Assembly (NCBI RefSeq): GCF_037975245.1
Contig: NC_092564.1
Span: 11,359,891-11,423,890, forward strand
Direction: 5' to 3'
Length of the DNA: 64,000 nt
Source of the DNA: Apostichopus japonicus
Lineage: Eukaryota
In this document: positions 38,311 to 50,325 of the stretch, in pieces
How the letters are laid out: each line of letters opens with the position of its first letter
How positions within the stretch are numbered: position 1 is the first letter of the stretch
Translations under genes and position numbers: made by a program
Notes under the pieces: model-generated
What the model was told of the DNA's origin: nothing
Seen by the model: the letters and a program-made list of their open reading frames with translations, nothing else
Databases searched by the model: none

Positions 38311-38670
38311 CCACAATTTCACATTATTGTGGGTGTAAGACACTTTGTACTGTGATGACATTGTACTGTCGTGAAATGTCATCACACACCCATACCCAAA
38401 GGTACAGGGTGTTTTAACATCATAGCCAGCACCATACAGTCATTGGTAGAAGTGTATACTACTGTCATAGGTTACCCTGTACTCTATGCACAGACTATGT
38501 TCAGTTTGATCAAACTAGAATCGTAACTTGTATCGTGTGCCTTCTACGTGCAGTGCTGAAGTATATCATGATTTGTTAGGGTTAGTAATGAAAATATGAT
38601 TTCCAACAATGTTGAGGTAAAATGTTTAATTTCCACAATTATCCACTGGTGATGGATGATGAGCTTATAC

Positions 38671-38883
38671 CTTGACAGATTTTGCACCATTGTGGCACCG
38701 TGTAACTTGCTGGTATCATTGTCTTTCTGTCTCAGCAGGGAGGCCAGCTCGGCGGTCAGTGTGGTCTCGTCTCTCGTCCACAAGGATGAATCTTTATAGT
38801 CCTCGGTATCATCCTCTTTATTAAAGTCAGGAGTATTAGGAATTTGGGTAGAATTTACAGTCGCAATTGTCTCATTGATTTGA
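38671..38883 (-). CDS. Exon J of the - strand gene (acidic, N-glycosylation-sequon-rich tail). It is either spliced at 'AAG|gtataag' or it is the terminal exon reading through to the stop near 38544.
   Basis: A strong polypyrimidine acceptor 'ctacttttccttttgatag|T' restores the frame from exon I (GT+T=Val). Translates as '(V)QINETIATVNSTQIPNTPDFNKEDDTEDYKDSSLWTRDETTLTAELASLLRQKDNDTSKLHGATMVQNLS'. The nearer 'atatacag' acceptor would hit an in-frame TAA. Confidence 0.5.
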
Positions 38884-40589
38884 CTATCAAAAGGAAAAGT
38901 AGATGGCAGAGTAAGAAAACCAGTTATCTGTATATTCTTCCCCCACCCCACCCCCCACCACAGTATTCTTTTCTTTCCAGTGTTACTACTACCATTGCAC
39001 CATCTTGTTGAAATGTATGAGAGTATGGGATTCATCACACAGGCTCATTAGTAGAGCTGCATGTACAATTGGTGAGATGGCGCTGTTCCTGAATCTGATA
39101 AAGGAATGTTTCCAATCCAATCTCTCATAAAGTGGTATGAGACAGGTGTGGATCACAGGGGGGAAGGGGAGGGGGGTAGCCTGTAGTACACACTCCCTTT
39201 TCCACCACATGCAAGAAATTCAAAGTAGTTAGTATACCAACCTTGCAAGTAGACCTAGAATAAGGGCATAATTTATTGCCTTAATATGCCTCAGGTTGCA
39301 TCATTTCACTTCTAATCTTTTATACTTCCTTCCTGGAGGGGAAGGACCCCAGGACCCCCTGAAATGACAGCTTCAGCAGACCACACACCCCTATCTCCTT
39401 AAAATCATCGTCCATCCCCCTGCCCCCCCTCCCCGAAAGGAAAGCACACCTATCCGCATATCGGTAGTGTTAGAAGTTAGAACACATTACATGAGCAAAC
39501 CATGTCTAGACCAATGGTGGAAATGCTTTGATTTTTTTATCTTCCTACCACTTCAAATCGAATCAGGAGTAATTATGTGATTTGCATCAATGTGGTTCTT
39601 GTCACTGCCTCTGCGTTGCACATATCTGACTTTGTTATTGCTTTATAATGTCTATGACAGTTAGAGCAATATTGCTGGAACTTTTAACATTTTTTTCCCT
39701 TCTTCAAACCTTTTTTGATCTTTAGTTTCCCTCCTATAGGTGGCAAGGATGTCACACTAGATCTGTTACCTTTTTTTAAGTCTTTGAATAAAACATCATA
39801 TCTTCTCCTTTGACTTACTTCAAAACATTTACATTTTATAGCTTTAGGGTTTCTTCTTTACTTTAAGGGCAAAATTTTTGGAAGGAGTATATATTTGCCA
39901 TTTCATTTCCTCTTTTGTATAAAGAGCCAAACTTAATATGGATTAAGTTACTTGTTACCATAAACCGCTTAGAGGAAGCAATTTCCTTCAGGCAATGACT
40001 TAGTGCCGGGTTCCATGAGAAGTATCAAGATAGGATATTTCACCCGCATCAAATTTGCCCTCCTTTATCTCTTTCATGGAATGAAAGAACGAAAAGTATA
40101 GTCAGATTTGCAGATTTTTTTAATAGGGGTTTTAATATCTTCAGTCTTTAAGCTGTCATAAATATTAATAGTCTTTCAAAATGATCTTCATGAAGAAAGG
40201 TGGATTTGAAATTTTTTTTCACTTGGATCAAGTTACAACTGAAATTGTCAGGTGACAGCTGACAGACAGTTCTCACACATTGTTAGAGAACTGTTCAAAT
40301 ATTCCACCTAAGGGAAATCAGCCAAGTTTATCATGCAATGTAGATTTCTGTCCACGATAAAGAAAAATCCAATCAGATGGCAACATGTTTTAAGCCTTCA
40401 AATGAATCTTTGTCACTTTTGCAAAACAAGACAAGAAAGTTTAGTCTCAGACTAGAAAACATTCATAAAAAAAAAGGTTGCTAGATCAAGACGAGCTTGC
40501 ATAGCCTCTTATCTAGAAAGGGCTTTAGTGGTTATGAGCAACTGACACTCACTTTGTAGTCATTATTACAGCAAACTGCAACTAAACAA

Positions 40590-41090
40590 ATACCAGCACA
40601 CGCTAAATGTATCATTTGTATTTACTTGAGGGGAAACGGTACCATTTGTAGTTACTTGACGAAATATTTAATCGATACTATTACTTGAGGAGATATTGTA
40701 CTATATAGTTACCACAGAGTAATACCTGAAGTTCCTGAACCAACAGTTACCAATAATACAGTATTTAGTTTCTTTTGGGAACCATTTTAACCATGTATGT
40801 ATACTCACTTGAGGGTAGAAAGATATAAGCACCATGTGTAGATACTTGAGAGAACATTGTACCATGTATATAAACTGTAGGGAATATAAGATATATTTAC
40901 TCAAGGAAACAGTGCACCATATGGTAACATTATGGGAACATGATTTTATACCCTAGAGTTACCTGATGGAACAGTTACCAATACTGAGTAGTTTACTTTG
41001 GTAGCATTTTACCATGTGTGGACTTACTTGAGGGTAGAAAGAGAGATATGCACCATGTGTAGTTACTTGAGGGAACATAGATGTCATTTA
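40590..41090. repeat. Tandem repeat region with recurring 'tacttgagggtagaaaga(g/t)ata(a/t)gcaccatgtgtag(a/t)tacttgagggaaca' modules (two ~190-bp higher-order units)
   Basis: The 'ttacttgag' motif recurs every 40-60 bp. The higher-order units at 40700-40880 and 40920-41090 are about 80% identical. It is intronic to the - strand gene. Confidence 0.75.
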
Positions 41091-41099
41091 GTCCCTTCA

Positions 41100-41800
41100 C
41101 ACTACAAACGCATAGCTCACATGAAGTATCAGGCCAGTTGATATTGGGAGGGGCTTGGATAGCTGCTTCTGATCCTGAGTGGTGTATACTCTCATCCTAT
41201 GAGGTTATCTATCTCTGCGAGATCAGACTCAACTCAAAAAGGGAGGTCTAGTTTGCTAGATCTCATCCTGATGAGTCCATTCTGTTGTCTCGAGTACAGC
41301 TCACTTACAGGATCAGAACAGAGGAACTTTCTATGCTGAATATGATCCTCAGCCATGACCATTTTCCCAATAAAGGATCCATCCAGCTCTCAGGTCAGAT
41401 TTGATCCAATCCAAAAATGGAGATCTGGCCTAGAGTTGTAGCTCAGTGCAATAATAGATCTCTTGTAAGACCGGATCAGATCCAATCTTTACGGGGTAGG
41501 TGGATCTGATCATGAGTCCTGCTTGTTCCTACACTGAACTGTATCTCCCTGGCAAGATCGTCCCCACCCCCCCCCCCTCACAAGAGGAGAAATGGATTGC
41601 TCAATTTGATCTCAGAGCCCCGTGAGTTCATCAATTGCTCTTGTTTAGGATCAGACAAAATCCCAAAGGGCGATCTATGGATCTGATCCTGAGCAGTTCA
41701 CACTATGAAAGATATCTCCTTTGCAAGGATCAGCTTGTCTCAAGAAGGAGAGAACCTAACTTCCTGGGTGTCATCTTGAGTTCATTTGTTTTTATCCTAA
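41100..41800. repeat. Degenerate satellite built on 'gatc(c/a)(t/g)ga' / 'ggatcagatcc' cores (~100-120-bp units)
   Basis: Short modules recur, including 'tgatcctgag', 'ggatcagaac', 'ggatcagatccaatc', 'ggatctgatcatgag' and 'ggatctgatcctgag'. It is intronic, directly upstream of exon I. Confidence 0.6.
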
Positions 41801-41956
41801 TATATATATATATATTTTCTAATTCTATCACAGGATCCTGATTTTTCTTTCTCGATGGGGAATGTATGATAAATGGATACAAGGATCCTTAGACAAAACG
41901 AAACAACAATACAGAGAACTGAAGTGGCTAATGTTGATAGTTTGTAGAATACTCAC

Positions 41957-42074
41957 ACAGGTTGTATAGGAGAGAGTTTCAGGGGACTACCACCTCTACA
42001 GGTTAGGCATTCTTTGGGTGATGGAGGAACTATGCTCTGTGATCTGTGTCTACCATATTGAATGCCAACATTTG
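41957..42074 (-). CDS. Exon I of the - strand gene (Ser/Pro-rich linker)
   Basis: Acceptor 'ctttcag|CAAATG' and donor 'CCTGT|gtgagt'. Translates as '(A)NVGIQYGRHRSQSIVPPSPKECLTCRGGSPLKLSPIQP'. It ends in phase 2. Confidence 0.6.
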
Positions 42075-42398
42075 CTGAAAGATAAGAAGAGTGACGAAAT
42101 GTACGGGCCCAATATCTAACACAAAGAGGTGAACATTTCAAACTTGAGACATATTATTGTCAGAATCATATTGTTAGAATCAGTTTGCTGTATTTTAAAG
42201 CTAATGGAAGGCCTTTTACTGCAGACTATTACTAAATAGAAAGTGACATAATCTACAATAGTAGAAATATCATTTACCAGGGTTTAATAAAGATTGTATA
42301 TTGGGGCAGACCTCTGTTAATATAGTATATAAATTGCATTTTGGGAAGCTGGGATGAAGGAATAAACAATAAAAATGTCATGTTTAAAATTGAACAAA

Positions 42399-42605
42399 CC
42401 TGATACAATGGTAAAGATTACTATGGTGAGGGATGGGTAATCCAGACTGTGGCCGTGATTGATTTCTGCCAAGGCATTCAGAGGAACCAAGAAGATGACG
42501 AGAAGTCTGGAGGTCACCGGAGTACCAAGAAATGTCAGGATGAAAGCGGCCAAGAAAAAGAAACACGCATGGAAGACGCATGTCACCAGCAGGTCAAGAC
42601 TATTA
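42399..42605 (-). CDS. Exon H of the - strand gene: hydrophobic transmembrane hairpin exon
   Basis: Acceptor 'gtttacag|GTAATA' and donor 'GTATCAG|gtttgt'. Translates as '(G)NSLDLLVTCVFHACFFFLAAFILTFLGTPVTSRLLVIFLVPLNALAEINHGHSLDYPSLTIVIFTIVS'. It has two or three membrane-length hydrophobic runs. Confidence 0.65.
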
Positions 42606-44313
42606 CCTGTAAACGCATAAATTATAACAAACAATAAAACATAATTTACATGGTCAAAACTATAAACATGCGATTAACAAAATTGAAAAACAAACACATG
42701 CTACAAATAATAATATTGGGTAGGTCAATATTAAGCATCTGTTAGTATGTAATACAACAGAAAGGGAAAATGAATTACATAAAAACAACATAGGTCAAGA
42801 TTTTTTACCTATGAATATATATTAAAAATTCATGACACAAGCAGGGTCCAGATCATATTGACTTATATTGCAATAACAACAATGTATTTAACACAGGGAA
42901 TAATGTCTTCCCATTCAGCTGGCAGGTTTGAGTTTTGTGAATTTCCTAAAGTTAAGAAAAGAAAAATACTGAAAATTGTATGGTTTTGAAAAAAGAAAAC
43001 CTATTCTTCATCTTACGATTTTTGTCACAATTTTGCCACATTTGACAGGGGCTACAACTAATCCAGGTCAAGAATTAATATTTTAGATTCAATGAAGCCA
43101 TTTTTGTTCTGTAATTTTTAATTTTCTGATTAATATGGATCCGTCTGAAACAAATGTTTTCACTTAATTTCTACATGGGCTAGGCCCCAGGGAAAAAACA
43201 TAACTTAGAGCAAAGGGTTGGACAAATGAAAACTCTTACCTAGATTGAGCAAGGTGCCAAGGGTAGGCCAATAGGGTACTCTGGCCAGATGTGGTCCACA
43301 GGCCAGGTATTGAGAACCCCCCTCCTCCGCCCCAGTCTAGAATACCTTGGGCAACAACAGAATTTTGTCTTTTCTAGCATGGTTAATCTATATTGTAATC
43401 ACATGTCTACATTACTGTAGATACTCATATACAGGTAGTGATGGCATTTTGTAGCTACAACGAAATGTCGTTAATCAAATTTCACGTCAAGCCGTTTCTC
43501 TGCAACAAACTTTTCTTTTGATATGTTGGTCAGGTCAAACTAGGGGGTGTTTTGGTTCGAAGGCTTCTTATACAGCTGCAAGGCCATATGACATGCTCTG
43601 CATATAAGATGTAAATGTGGCTGTGACTACTTTACACACTTCAAACAAATAAATATCCTTAAAGGGTGTGTATGACATTTGGTTTGTTCAGAATATACCT
43701 TAAAGACACTGCTCCATCATTGCCTCTATCACATTCAGCAGTTAATTTTACATTATCCCTTTAATTTTATGGATCGTCACAGTTCATGAGTAACTACCAT
43801 GGGGTCATGGTGAATTAGTGATTACCCGTTACCTTCTTCCAAAAGGGGTTCAAATCCAACCATGAGAGATAATCTTTCATGGATCTGTTGCTGTTAGTTT
43901 GATATTATTTGCTGATCTCCCTTAAATCATTTAAGGTTGTGACTGACAAATCCAAAACATCCCAGGGGTAATGAATACAACACAACCACCCAGAGAAGAT
44001 GGGCAATTGCAGTTTATGTACAATCCTGTCCCAATGTTACCGATAAAATCGCAGTCAGGGTGAGTCCATATCTTGATATCTGGCTGCAATCAAACACATT
44101 CAACAAACAAAAGAAGCTAATTGTGTCTTCCTTTGGACAAATATTTTCAAACTTTGGAATTCAGAGTGCAAAGAGATTTTAGGATTGACAAGTCCAAACA
44201 TTACTGTTCTTTCACAGTTAAACACTGAACATTTAGTTTTTCACATCCAGCTTTTGAAAGTCAGAACAAGATCATTGGATTCAGTGAGGCCCAATGGGTT
44301 TCCGTGTACATAC

Positions 44314-44493
44314 CAGCACCACCGAGAAGAGAGGTGACCCAGGTCAGTTTCTGGTCAATGCCTACTTTCATCTCTCCGACGGTACCCAGCAAGAATGAGA
44401 CCGTTTGGTTGACCACTAAGAGCTTCTCTAGTGTTTCTTGGTAATAATTTGAGCTACCTTTCTGGAAGCTAAGGACCTCGTTGAAGTTACTGT
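44314..44493 (-). CDS. Exon G of the - strand gene
   Basis: Acceptor 'ttctttcag|ACAGTA' and donor 'GGTGCTG|gtatgt'. Translates as '(D)SNFNEVLSFQKGSSNYYQETLEKLLVVNQTVSFLLGTVGEMKVGIDQKLTWVTSLLGGA'. The phase is consistent. Confidence 0.65.
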
Positions 44494-45391
44494 CTGAAAG
44501 AACCAAATGAGACTTAATGTTGCAATGAGTCAGAGAATTACTGGGACGATTTTACTATACAAACGTACAGATGTATTGTAGTTATGTCCCCCAGAAACTG
44601 AATCATTTGATTGTTTTGGGGGTATGCAAAATGCATAACCTGACCGTAGGTGCTTCAAGCATATAAACGAAGATGAATTTACTTTGAGAGGAAAATATGC
44701 CTCTTCTTTGCCTGCATTTAATTTGATATAACTTGAGCAAAGGCTGAATGAATGCACGACAAGAAATTTTGGAGTCACAAATAATAAAAGAGAGAGAAAA
44801 GAATATGAACCTGGGCATAGTTGCACAAATAAACAGTTTCAATAAGAAATGGTCGGTCTATCTATGCTTAACGGAATATCTCGTTGGCAGACGAGAAAAC
44901 AAGTTTTTAATGAAAAGGGTGAAAAAATCCACAATACTAGCTCAAACCTCATCTTAATATATTCCACACTGTTAGCTGAAAACCCCATCTAAATAATTCT
45001 TTTTCCGTAACTCAAGATATGTTTGAATGAGGGGAACCTATTTTGACTGGTTGAAACCTCCTTTACCCCAGGAAATGGATCATAAAAAGTGGACTGTAAT
45101 GATGACATCATTTACTCTGATGTTGCCAGATACAAAAATTATCAAAAAACTTAAACCAGTAATATCTTCGCCATAGAAAATCCTATAAGGATCGATGCGC
45201 CTTTTGCCTAAAGATACAGAAAATTTCCAGACATTTTATCAAGTAAACAACTTCAGCCATCCAGAATTATCTTAGACGATTTCCCATTCAGTTCTGGGTT
45301 TTGACTCCTGAGTATTTGACCCTAATACTCACTGCCCATTAGGGGGAGGGGGGGGGGGGAAGAAATGATTTGATATTGCTGATTGTCTCAC

Positions 45392-45508
45392 CTAACTGCT
45401 CAATAAGTGCCTTTGTTCGGTTCTGAATCCTGGCTAAATCCTTCATGAGGTCCTTCCTGTACTGCTGACGATCAATATCTTGTTCTGAGAGTTGATGGTT
45501 GGCATTAT
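45392..45508 (-). CDS. Exon F of the - strand gene (coiled-coil-like)
   Basis: Acceptor 'attttcag|ATAATG' and donor 'CAGTTAG|gtgaga'. Translates as '(D)NANHQLSEQDIDRQQYRKDLMKDLARIQNRTKALIEQL'. The phase 1 to 1 transition is consistent with exon E. Confidence 0.62.
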
Positions 45509-46122
45509 CTGAAAATATCAAGATCTGGATATTTAGATCAAGCCAAGTTGGTGAATATATGGGAGGGCAGAGATGAAAGTAAAGGCATCTTGAGGGATGG
45601 AGTAGTGGAGAGGAAGAAAGACATAACTTGTATTCATGTGCTCCTTGGCCAGAGTATTATGGGCATCCCCATCCACTCACCCATCTGTAAGGATCTTGGC
45701 ATTCTAAGCTGGTATCAGTGTGTTTATTTCTTTAGATTACAAGCCAACACAAATTTCAGCGCAGCCATTGTTGCCACGTTTACATCTGCTACTTGGTGCT
45801 AAGCATCCTAAATAATATGATTACAAACTGATTGTTACAAACATATGATGGGATCAATTTAAGCTGTTCTCGGACTTTTTATGAATTAGATAATAGGCAT
45901 TACCAGTCTTGTAGTAGTAGTACAACAGCAAGAATACAAGTAATCATCTCCTTGGTATGAGTACCAGTTTACACTTCCAATAGTATTTATACTCAATTTA
46001 AAAAAATTCTCAAAACGCACAAGGAGTGGAAATCTGAGAGGGTGGGCAAGAGTACTGGCAAAATATGCTAGAATATGAGTAACAGACTCATCACTAGTCT
46101 GGTCACTACGGATATGGCTCAC

Positions 46123-46240
46123 CAAGTTTTCTACTAATGTTAAACGCCATAGCAGCCAGTTCCTTGTGTCCAGCTGCAATCAAAGCTTTCTCGGTCATTA
46201 AAGTCTCTACACTACCGGCGAGGCCATCCTGTAGTTCCGT
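46123..46240 (-). CDS. Exon E of the - strand gene
   Basis: Acceptor 'ctctgtcactccag|ACGGAA' and donor 'AAACTTG|gtgagc'. Translates as 'TELQDGLAGSVETLMTEKALIAAGHKELAAMAFNISRKL' plus 1 nt. It ends in phase 1. Confidence 0.6.
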
Positions 46241-47388
46241 CTGGAGTGACAGAGAAATGGGAGATCGGCAATGCTATCAACTTTTGCACTGTGATGTGTA
46301 CCAACTATCATATACAAAACATATTTACTGGTGTGTTTATGTAAGGGTGTGCACGTTTGTTTTGTAATCTGACCGAGGACTTGAACAAAAGAATTCCAGG
46401 TCCTGGGTTGTGATTTCTAAAGAATCACCACATCCTCAGAAGAATTCTAAATATTGTATAGGGTATTGTTAAGGTTAGGGTACGTGGATTTGAACAATGG
46501 AAAAAACAATGGAGTCCTCGGTCTGAATGTAAAACACATCTGTGTGCGTGAGAGCGTGTGTAACAAAATTAATTACTGATACTTTTGCTCTTCACAACAC
46601 TGTCCTCTTTTGCAAATTAAGGGATATTGTGTCAAGCAACATGTATCCATCTCATTACTTTTAAAAACGATACATTTTCAAACAGTTTGGGTTTTGGTTA
46701 AATGCTTTAAGCTGAAATGATCCTTGGCCTCATTTCCCACTTTCACATCATCTCAAATATAAGAGTAAGACATGGTCAAAATCATCCAATTACCAAATTG
46801 TATAAAACCTACCAACTTATTTGACTGGCAGAATCCATCAACTACAATCAGCCTTAATGCCAGATCAGTTAAAACTTGAAGTTACTTCAGTTTAAATGCA
46901 GTCCTCAATTTCTCTGTTTAGGTAAGCAACTTTTCCTTTTCTTTTTGAACTAAAACAAAATCATGCCAGTTGTCATTGATGGTGTAATATAAAGCTCAAA
47001 GCCACTTCCTTTTATATGTCATTTTATTTCATTTGGAGTTTTACATTGTTTCTAGCAAATTTGTTAACGATATAATGTACTGTTTATGAAAATGTTAACA
47101 AAACAAAGTGGTTTCAACTATGGAATGGACGATTACTTTGAAACTTTTCCAAAAACCTGAATGAACCTTTATCTTGAACTTCCAATGTTTACATGAATCA
47201 TGGTTATACATTTCATGTTGCATTATGTATTGAATTTGCTTTTATCAGGTGGTATAGTTTTAAATGAAATATTAATATATCATATCTGAAAACAATCTTT
47301 ATATTACTTTTGTCTACCTAGACTTACAAACGGAATAGTTCCCTTTCAAACAAAACCGAGGTGAAATGGTTTGTTTTATTTCCTGTAC

Positions 47389-47493
47389 CTGAGTTAATTT
47401 CATAGATTCTTGAGCTGTCATCATCTCTTTGTGACCCTGGGTCATACCCTCTAGGGTTTCCTCTGCAACTGACACAAGTTCCTGTTGATGTTG
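47389..47493 (-). CDS. Exon D of the - strand gene (coiled-coil-like)
   Basis: Acceptor 'tgtttacag|CAACAT' and donor 'ACTCAG|gtacag'. Translates as 'QHQQELVSVAEETLEGMTQGHKEMMTAQESMKLTQ' (35 codons). Confidence 0.6.
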
Positions 47494-48308
47494 CTGTAAA
47501 CAAAAATGATGAAAACAAAAAATAATTCATTCACTTATACAAAACTTGCATCTATTTAACATTGACTCCTTATCAGAGGAATTAACCTTTGTTGGACATC
47601 TCTTGTAATAATATAGTCCTTAATCATATTTATGAGCAAATTGCTACTTTAATATTTCTTGTCAAAGCTTGTATCATCCTTATTCCAACTTCGACTACCT
47701 GATGATTAAATCTTGTTTCCTATTAGAGGGAAATCATCACATTACTTCTAATATCATAATTTGTATGACAGAGGTCTGTAATTCCCGTGCATTCTTTAGT
47801 GGCCTGACCATTATGAAAGGTAGACTCTTTGGATGGGAGGGGATTAAATGCCTGGCATCACTTAATTTATACCAACCCTGTTGGAGCTGATTTATGTGAG
47901 CAGATAGAAGAAACTGTGTAATCATCAACCCGCTGCACTTCTGATATCAGAAAGAAACTGGTTTAGAAGCAATAATTAATAGGTTCACTGCAATTGATCC
48001 AATAAAGCTACTTCAAATACCTTTTGGGCAGTAGCATAAATTTGTAGATTTTGTCCAAAGGGAGGAGGGTTAGAAAATCCAAGTACTTAGTCTACTACAC
48101 TTCTAGTAGTAGAATGACAATAAAGCCCCCCCCCCAAAGAAGACATGCCTTGGGTGCATACATGGGCAAAGTTGTGATAAAAGGTCACCAGGTCATTCTA
48201 GACATGCTACAGTGAGGATGCTGTGGTTTTTAGGGAACAGGTGAGGTGAGAGAGCACTTATATGTAAATTCAACATCTTTTGACCATATTTAGGACATAA
48301 AATATCAC

Positions 48309-48494
48309 CTTTAGATGTTCCATGAGATAAAGTTGATCTTCGGCGCTGCTAGCCAGCTGACTAACAGCAAACTGTGTCTGTCTTTGGAACTGTTGCTGTC
48401 TTACAGAGTAACAGACTGACCTAGCTCTATTGCTGACTATGAGGTAAGCGTTCCATGTATCAGGATCCATCGGTTTGGTGCATTGTGCCACGGT
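48309..48494 (-). CDS. Exon C of the - strand gene
   Basis: Acceptor 'tgtctttag|ACCGTG' and donor 'CTAAAG|gtgata'. Translates as 'TVAQCTKPMDPDTWNAYLIVSNRARSVCYSVRQQQFQRQTQFAVSQLASSAEDQLYLMEHLK' (62 codons, phase 0). Confidence 0.65.
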
Positions 48495-48748
48495 CTAAAG
48501 ACAACATGAGAGAGAGAATAAAAAGGGCATTCTGTGAAATTTACACTGTCAAGTTATCAGATTAAACATGCTCTTCAAATACAAAGTTCTTTATGTGAAA
48601 ATAAGTTCAGTGACCTTCACAGCTTTGGTGGGTGAACTAGCTAGTTTTGAGCTATTGAATAAGAAATTTTGGCTTGATTTTCCATTTTTGAGTATGCAAC
48701 CATTTCTTTTCAATGCACTGCTATTCTTGGAGGCCTACTGCTACATAC

Positions 48749-48877
48749 CATGTCTGGATTGCAGGGATATACTGTTCTTCCTTCGGCTTGGGATTGACAG
48801 TTCAAGAGAGCTACACCCAGTTTGGCTAAGTCTTCCTCGGATATAGCTGTACATGCAGACTTAAGCTCTGAGACCAC
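48749..48877 (-). CDS. Exon B of the - strand gene
   Basis: Acceptor 'aattttcag|GTGGTC' and donor 'GACATG|gtatgt'. Translates as 'VVSELKSACTAISEEDLAKLGVALLNCQSQAEGRTVYPCNPDM' (43 codons). It is in phase with exon A. Confidence 0.65.
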
Positions 48878-49009
48878 CTGAAAATTGAACAAATCAATCC
48901 TTAATTGTAAATCACAACCATCCCCGACTAGTTAGTAATACTTAATGGATTGCTTAAAGGCATTGAAGACTCGACCCAAACCGTGTGCGGCCATCTGAAA
49001 AAGTTAACT

Positions 49010-49320
49010 TTCTGTTGCTTGCAAGTGACATTTTGTTTGTGTCGCTACAAATGCAGACAGTAATGAAATGTGATACCTTGTTATCTTTAGCTGGACCTGA
49101 GATGTCCATCGCTGTATTGTTTGTATACTGTGCTGCGGGTATTGACCGCATCTGTATGTACTGCTAGACACTAGTGTCTAATTATCGACAGTAGCAAGTT
49201 GTTTACGTATTTTCTGGGATCGATGGTGGTGTTTAGCACTTCTGTTACACCTCATTCGAAACTAGGTCAAATTACCGACATCAGACATTTCTTTTTGCGC
49301 GAGTCTTCACACCCTTCAAT
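49010..49320 (+). repeat. tRNA-related SINE-like repeat, copy 1 (~155-bp core 49165-49320 plus ~150-bp 5' extension)
   Basis: The core is '...gtattttctgggatcgatggtggtgtttagcacttctgttacacctcattcgaaactaggtca...gagtcttcacaccc'. It contains a box-A-like 'tggtggtgtttagcac' and a box-B-like 'ttcgaaact'. It matches the copies at 51113-51415 (-) and 51425-51578 (+). Confidence 0.6.
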
Positions 49321-50058
49321 TACCAAAACTCCAATCAGCTTACACGCATATTCTCAAGTTTATTCAAATTCTTAAACACTTTCCAACTTGGTAAACAGCA
49401 ACAGACTCTCTGGAAGTTTGAAACTCTTTCATACCTGTAGTTGTTAAGATCTGAGCCGACTTTGTCCCTAAATTCCCAAACTCTGCAGAATGAACCACTC
49501 ACACATATTGACAAGATTACTAATAGGTAGGCCTAAGTATCAGCAACTAGCCTATGATAAATTTCCATAAACTACTTCTTCATTGAAAAGGTAAGACTGA
49601 GAAACATACATATTCAATTAGGCCTTATAGCTGGAGGATATGAGCTTTGATTCACTCTTAGACTGATGAGTTAGTTCTATGAAAGTATGATCTCATTTTC
49701 AAAACATCCCACTTGGAAGCACTTCTAATTTTTAAAAAAATATTTGGTGGTGCTTACAAATGGAGAAACATTTTCAAGCACATTTTGATCGATTTAATGT
49801 TGCCTTCATCAGCAGGGTATACTGTAATTAATTATTGGCCTATCCGAAAAAGTTACACATTGGCATTACCTAGCTTCCTTAGGCCTCTAGGCTAAAGTTG
49901 GGCCAAAGTAAGACTAACAAACATGAAAGTCATGAGGCCAAGGTAACTGATCTACAGACATAGGCTAGTCTAATTATGCAATAGTAATTAGTATAGCTTA
50001 GGCTATGCCTAGTACCAAAGTGAAACTTCTATTCGACTTTTAAGTTCTTTCGTATTAC

Positions 50059-50325
50059 CAGCAAATGACACTTGTCTAGTTCTGACATCCTGGCTATCAA
50101 ATCCCTTCCAGATGCAGCAAACTTTTCGTCGATCGTTTGCATTTCAAACTTGCTGTTTCTCAGCTGCAGGCTTTCAGGATGATTTGATTTGGATGAATCA
50201 GCCTGAACATTTTCTGTTGGTGAATCGTCATCAAGGTTACTGCCGAAAAACCAGTCCAAAATAGATTCAGACTCTGCAATTAACACAAACAGTAAGATGA
50301 TATTCAACAATTTCAGGAAATACAT
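50059..50325 (-). CDS. Exon A (first coding exon) of an uncharacterised secretory/coiled-coil/TM protein gene: signal peptide plus N-terminal region
   Basis: Translates as 'MYFLKLLNIILLFVLIAESESILDWFFGSNLDDDSPTENVQADSSKSNHPESLQLRNSKFEMQTIDEKFAASGRDLIARMSELDKCHLL' (89 codons, phase 0). The donor is 'CTG|gtaata'. A hydrophobic h-region follows the Met. Confidence 0.65.

Noticed and set aside
45886-46367. ORFs 45886-46179 (-) and 46137-46367 (+)
   Set aside because: The - strand ORF is a frame-shifted read-through of genuine exon E (46123-46240) across its donor site, and the + strand ORF is antisense to it. The spliced frame 'TELQDGLAGSVETLMTEKALIAAGHKELAAMAFNISRKL' is the supported one.
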